From assembly GCA_009914755.4 (NCBI GenBank), contig CP086569.2, positions 5,056,001-5,120,000 on the forward strand: 64,000 nucleotides of DNA. The letters are read 5' to 3'. Position numbers and translations under genes: made by a program. Below, one piece after another: positions 59,184 through 64,000 of the stretch. The notes under the pieces were generated by a model. It searched no databases and was not told the DNA's origin. It saw only the letters and a program-made list of their open reading frames with translations. Source of the DNA: the human T2T-CHM13v2.0 reference genome, Homo sapiens. The stretch's first letter is position 1; the number at the start of each line of letters is the position of its first letter.

Positions 59184-61248
59184 GCGCCCGGCCGTGTAAT
59201 TGTTTTAATATTGCTTATCTCATGGCCAGTGCTTGTTTAGCTGCTAGAGAAAAATAAAAACCTTGTGGAAGGTTAAAACATAATTTATTCTTTAAGTTTA
59301 AGAGTCTTAACCCTTGCCTGCTAAGGCCTTAGATCCTATGAATAATTTGGTATCTTATTACCACAGAGTCTCTTCTGTCATCTTATGATCTCAATTTTAA
59401 CATTAATGCTGGTCAGTTGCGTCTACACCCCAAAAGGAAGGAAGTATAATGAGGAGTGACTGACTTCCCATCTCATCATGCCTGAGGACTGTTTTTAAGT
59501 TTTTTTTCTGGGGTACCCTTGGCCAAGAGAAAGTCCATTCATTCAGTGGTAATGCTTAACATTTTATTTTTAGTTTATATTAATTTCTCAACCATTATGT
59601 TTTCTTGTTTCGATTTTTGACTATATTACATGCAGCTTTCACATAAGTGCACGTAGAGCATACAAAATATTTTCTATTTTTAAAGCTTTTCCAGCAGAAA
59701 CGTATATACTTTGCTGGTATACAGCCTTTTAAATTATAATTAATGTCTGTCTAACTTTCTGCTGATATTCTCTAATGGCTAATTTACTCCGTAGTCTATT
59801 TTAGGAATTTGATCTTACATACTTAACACATGCACACATACACATGTTTACAAGAAACAAAGAGTACTAAATATTCAGTATTACCTTGAATATAACTAAC
59901 TTGTTCTTAGATAATTACTATAACATTTCCCAGAATTATGTGCAATATTCTCCAAATGGACAGGTGACTGAATCAAATATGCATGAGAAAAAGCACAAAT
60001 AACAACCAAAACAAAATTAACTGATATTGACTCAGTATTTACAATGTACTTTCCATTCCTTATTTTATACAATTCAAAATAATCAGAGAAAAAAGTTATT
60101 TTTATCATCAGTTTACAGATGATGAAATTGAAGCTGAAGGGTTGAGTGCAATGCAAGGAAAATAGGAAGAAGTGGGCTTAATCATGGGGACTCGGGTATA
60201 GTCTATGGCTTTATGAAGTCGTTATATCTTATTTACTGTAATTTGATCATGTTTCTCGTCATCTCAGTACAAACATATATGACATATTTTATAAACAGAT
60301 AACTCTACAAATATTTCTTGACAAAGATGAGTAGTTACAAGAAGTGTTTCCAAGGTAACAATACTAATTCAATTGCTATCATAATACTATTATTAATAAC
60401 GCTCTTATCAACACTCATAAAGTCTATTGCCAGGGGAATATTGTCATTCTAAGGACAAAAGTATGACAGAGACTGCGGAAAATAGCTTGAAAGCAAAGAA
60501 TGACAGCAACACTGAAATGATGAAGGGGATACTTAATACTGTTTGATTTTAATAAATGCTTTAGCTCTTTTTAAGTGGTATTATGTCCTTTAGATCTGTC
60601 AAACAGGTCGTGTTTCCTCTCTCAGGATTCAGATTGTCTAGTCATTGGAACCACAGGGAAAGACCAATAACTTGAAATTGGTAGTACGTTTACAGCTACT
60701 TCCTTTAGTTGCTGAGTAATGACGCTATCCTTTCTAGGTTATCTGCTTGCTTAAGCAAGAAACTAACCAATTAACAAGCAAGTGCATTGTAATAAACAAA
60801 TACTTTATAGAGATTTAATGGGAGAAAGCCTATTTCTTTCTGTTTAATGCCATCACTATGCTTATGTAAACAGAAAATATTAAAGCTGTTGTTTTAAAAT
60901 GGAAATGAGCTCTTTCTTATATAGAATCAATTAAAAGTATGATATATTATAAAAACTAATCTGAAACACTGTCAGACTGTGATCTTTTTCTCTGCTGTTA
61001 CACTACTTAGACAGGCTGATATTGATTGAAACTGTTGCAAGACAAGGAAGAGAGGTAACTATAGGAGTTGTCATTTACCTACCACTCTAAGATGAATAAA
61101 GAATCAGTAAACCCTCAGATCCATCTTGAATGCTGGCTTTCAGACCTGCCTCTTCACTGGTGACTTGGTGAGCCCATGTATAGGAGAGTGTTCTGCATTT
61201 ATCTTGCAATCTACCCCATTTTCCTTGACTTTCAGATACTGGCTTTCT

Positions 61249-61365
61249 TTTTTTTTAATTTAATTTAATTTTATTATTATTATACTTTAAGTTTTAGGGT
61301 ACATGTGCACAATGTGCAGGTTAGTTACATATTTATACATGTGCCATGATGGTGCGCTGCACCCA
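61249..61365 (-). mobile_element. Minimal L1 3'-tip insertion (about 85 bp of L1PA-type 3'UTR plus an A/T-rich tail), antisense, with a perfect 16-bp TSD
   Basis: 'ttttttttaatttaatttaattttattattattatactttaagttttagggtacatgtgcacaatgtgcaggttagttacatatttatacatgtgccatgatggtgcgctgcaccca' is the reverse complement of the extreme L1PA 3' end. 'cagatactggctttct' lies at 61233-61248 and again at 61366-61381. Confidence 0.9.
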
Positions 61366-62380
61366 CAGATACTGGCTTTCTACTATGATTACAACTATGT
61401 GCCTCTAGACAAGGGAAGTTATTAATCACTCCCCAAGACCACCTCCCTCTGATACCTTTGCAATCATCAGACTCACCAGCTTTTTAACAGTGTCGAATCC
61501 ATTTCAGTTAAATATCTGGATTTCTCTCTGTTTCAACAATGGGAATGAAATGGGATTACTTTACACAGTTTCAATTTTTTTTCCAGGCTTTAATAACATA
61601 CTTATTACCAATCCAGGAAAATTAATTCTGTTAAAAATACAATTCAATAAATCAGTGTTCCAGAGAGCAGTTTTAGGTCATGATCTAAGCCTATATAATA
61701 TATTCTGTATTTCTTTATTAAAATCATCTTAAGAGCAATGATTATGTGGTTCTGCTTTAAGCTGGTGAGTTAAGGTGAGATTGGCATAGGGAGAGACTCT
61801 CTTGGCTTATAAATGGTGGAGGCATTACAAAAATCCTCTCATATCCTTTTTTATGATGAGTAGGAGTGTGCTATTTCTAGTACAGTTAGGATTTTGACAA
61901 GTTATGCTCAAGTAATTGATGTTTGCCCTACCCTGTTGGCTAGATTGCTCAGGTCATGCTTGAAGCCACCCCAGGAATCATGGTCTTCTGTGTAAACCTG
62001 ACAACCTGTTGCTGGAAGGCAATAAGTTAATTTGATGGTGTCCAAAGTAGTTATAAATCAATGTGGCAATCTCTTTCTTCCACGTCAATAGAGGGAACAA
62101 TCTGACTTCATAGATCAGATACATTTACCTTCATTTATAGCTTTAGAGTGTCACAGCAATCTGTAGAGTTATTGAGATAACTTGGTGACATTCTTCTAGT
62201 TTTCTTCAAATGCCTTTGGGTAACAAGAAGATAGACAATCCTAAATAATGTTTATATAAAATTTATTGCAGAGTTAAGCTCCTAATATAGAAAAGATAGC
62301 AATGTAGTACATGATAACACTATTTATCACCATCACTTTGAGTGCCATCATTAAGATACTGCAATTCTTCTCTTAAAAAA

Positions 62381-62812
62381 CTTTTATTTTCAGGGGTACA
62401 TGTGCAGTTTTGTTATACAGGTAAATTATGTGTCATGAGGGTTTGATGTACAGATTATTTTGTCACTCAGGTAATAAGCATGGTACCCGATAAGCAGTTT
62501 TTTTATTTTCATCCTTCTCCCACCAGCCACCCTTAAATGGGCCTCATTGTCTCTTGTCTCTTCTTTGTGTCTATATGTACTCAATGTTTAGCTTTCACTT
62601 GTAAATGAGAACATGAGATATTTGGTTTTCTGTTCCTGTGTTAATTCGTTTAGGATAATGGTCTCTAGTTTCATCCTTGTTGCTGCAAAGGACACGATCT
62701 CTTTCTTTTTATGGTTGCATGGTAGTCCATGCATTTTCTTATCCAGTCTGCCATTGATAGGCACCTAAGTTGACTCTATGTTTTTGCTATTGTGAATAGT
62801 GTTGCAGTGAAC
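62381..62812 (-). mobile_element. L1 3'-end fragment (older L1P-type 3'UTR and ORF2 tail), antisense
   Basis: 'cttttattttcaggggtacatgtgcagttttgttatacaggtaaattatgtgtcatgagggtttgatgtacagattattttgtcactcaggtaataagcatggtacccgataagcagttttt...cactt gtaaatgagaacatgagatatttggttttctgttcctgtgttaattcgtttaggataatggtctctagtttcatccttgttgctgcaaaggacacgatct...ctattgtgaatagtgttgcagtgaacatac' closely parallels 34110-34560. Confidence 0.85.
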
Positions 62813-64000
62813 ATACAACATACTGCAATTACTTGGAACAAAAAGATAACTCGTTGAGAAGGATAGAAACTGAACAATCGACATATTTGGAGATGGTCTT
62901 GTACACTCCTAAACTTGGCAACATTCTATGCCCAAGAATTCTAGAAGCAATGACTCTTACCCTTATTCACCCTATATTCTCTGATCTGAAATCATATAAA
63001 TGAAAACAGGAAGGAAATGATAGAAACAGACAAAAACTCTTGCTTTTTTCCAGACATTATATATACATTTTAAAAAGAAGTATTATAACTTTAAGTGACA
63101 ATCAAACATAATATTAAGATAGTCCCTCTACGTGAAATCATTCTAATATCAAGGGAAACAGCAATTTAACAAGTAAATTTTAGGAAATGCAGCGTTCCAA
63201 TTTAGGTACCAAAACTTATTTTAAATGACATTTTCAGCCAAATGAGAGAAAAAGAAACTCACCATTTTTTTCTCATATTATTCTAATTTCATCCCTGTGC
63301 AGTATAGAAGCCAGATTGTCACTGTGCCCTGGGAAGCTTTGCAAATATGGCACATGCCACAGTCAGCATGACCCTGACTTATACTTTAATAACTCCTTGA
63401 TTTAGCAGACAAAGCTTTTCTCTGCCTCCAATACACCCCTTAATCTAGCACTTGTCCCCATGCTGTCCCATGGTTGCTCAAAGCCATCTTATGTTAGTTT
63501 CATCCATTGTTCCATAATTTTCCTCAGCTCTACTTTCCTATAACAACTAACCTGCTCCTGTTATTTCTCTCTGTAGTCAAGTGTTTCTCAGAGAAATTAA
63601 TGCCACAGTGCTAATAATTGTTGTTACCTGTCATTAGCACTATAACCTCTATAGCATGTTATCCCTTTCAGATATCAATTTGTTAAAATAATGAAAGAAA
63701 CAAGTCCTCTGGTTATTTCTATGTAATGAATCACTCTAAAACTTAGTGGTTTAAAATAACAACAATTATTGTATTATGTCTCACAGTATCTGTGGGTCAA
63801 GAATTCAGAAGTAGCTTAGCAGGAAGTTCTGGCTTGTGGTTGCAGTCAAAACAGCAGGTGGCTGAAATGGTTGGAAACTGGCAAGGAAGCATTCTGTTCA
63901 TGTAGATTTCTGGCCTCTCCATGTGGAGTAGTTTGGGCTTCCTTGCAGCATGGTAGACTCGGGGTAATCAGATTGCTTACAGGGACGCTGAAAGATCCAA

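Overview
This window is primate, almost certainly human, nuclear DNA rather than prokaryotic sequence. It is AT-rich and looks gene-poor, and most of it is interspersed repeats. I count about 28 Alu SINE copies, and many have recognisable target-site duplications and A-tails. There are at least nine L1 LINE fragments, eight of them on the minus strand. Two L1s are large composite elements at about 8702-12295 and 34107-39490. Each carries an internal deletion and nested secondary insertions (an Alu in the first, an LTR and an Alu in the second). There are several solo LTRs: a THE1/MST-type MaLR at 13111-13485, an MST-type at 25588-25982, an MLT1-like at 43050-43520, an ERV1-like solo LTR at about 2901-3740, and a solo LTR nested in an L1 at about 36579-37237. 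Microsatellites include (CA)n, (GT)n, (TC)n(CA)n, (ATGT)n/(TTTA)n and a pure A51 run. I could not recognise any convincing protein-coding exon, rRNA, tRNA or CRISPR array by eye. Almost every ORF of 60 aa or more in the supplied six-frame track lies inside an Alu, L1 or LTR, or in low-complexity DNA. The only protein-like translations are L1 ORF1 and ORF2 remnants on the minus strand. I found no novel biological system. The hunt section lists structural oddities, chiefly young-looking retrotransposon insertions with perfect TSDs, nested insertions, a perfect 24-bp hairpin inside an LTR, and unstable-looking simple repeats. All coordinates are hand-counted and may be off by a few bases.
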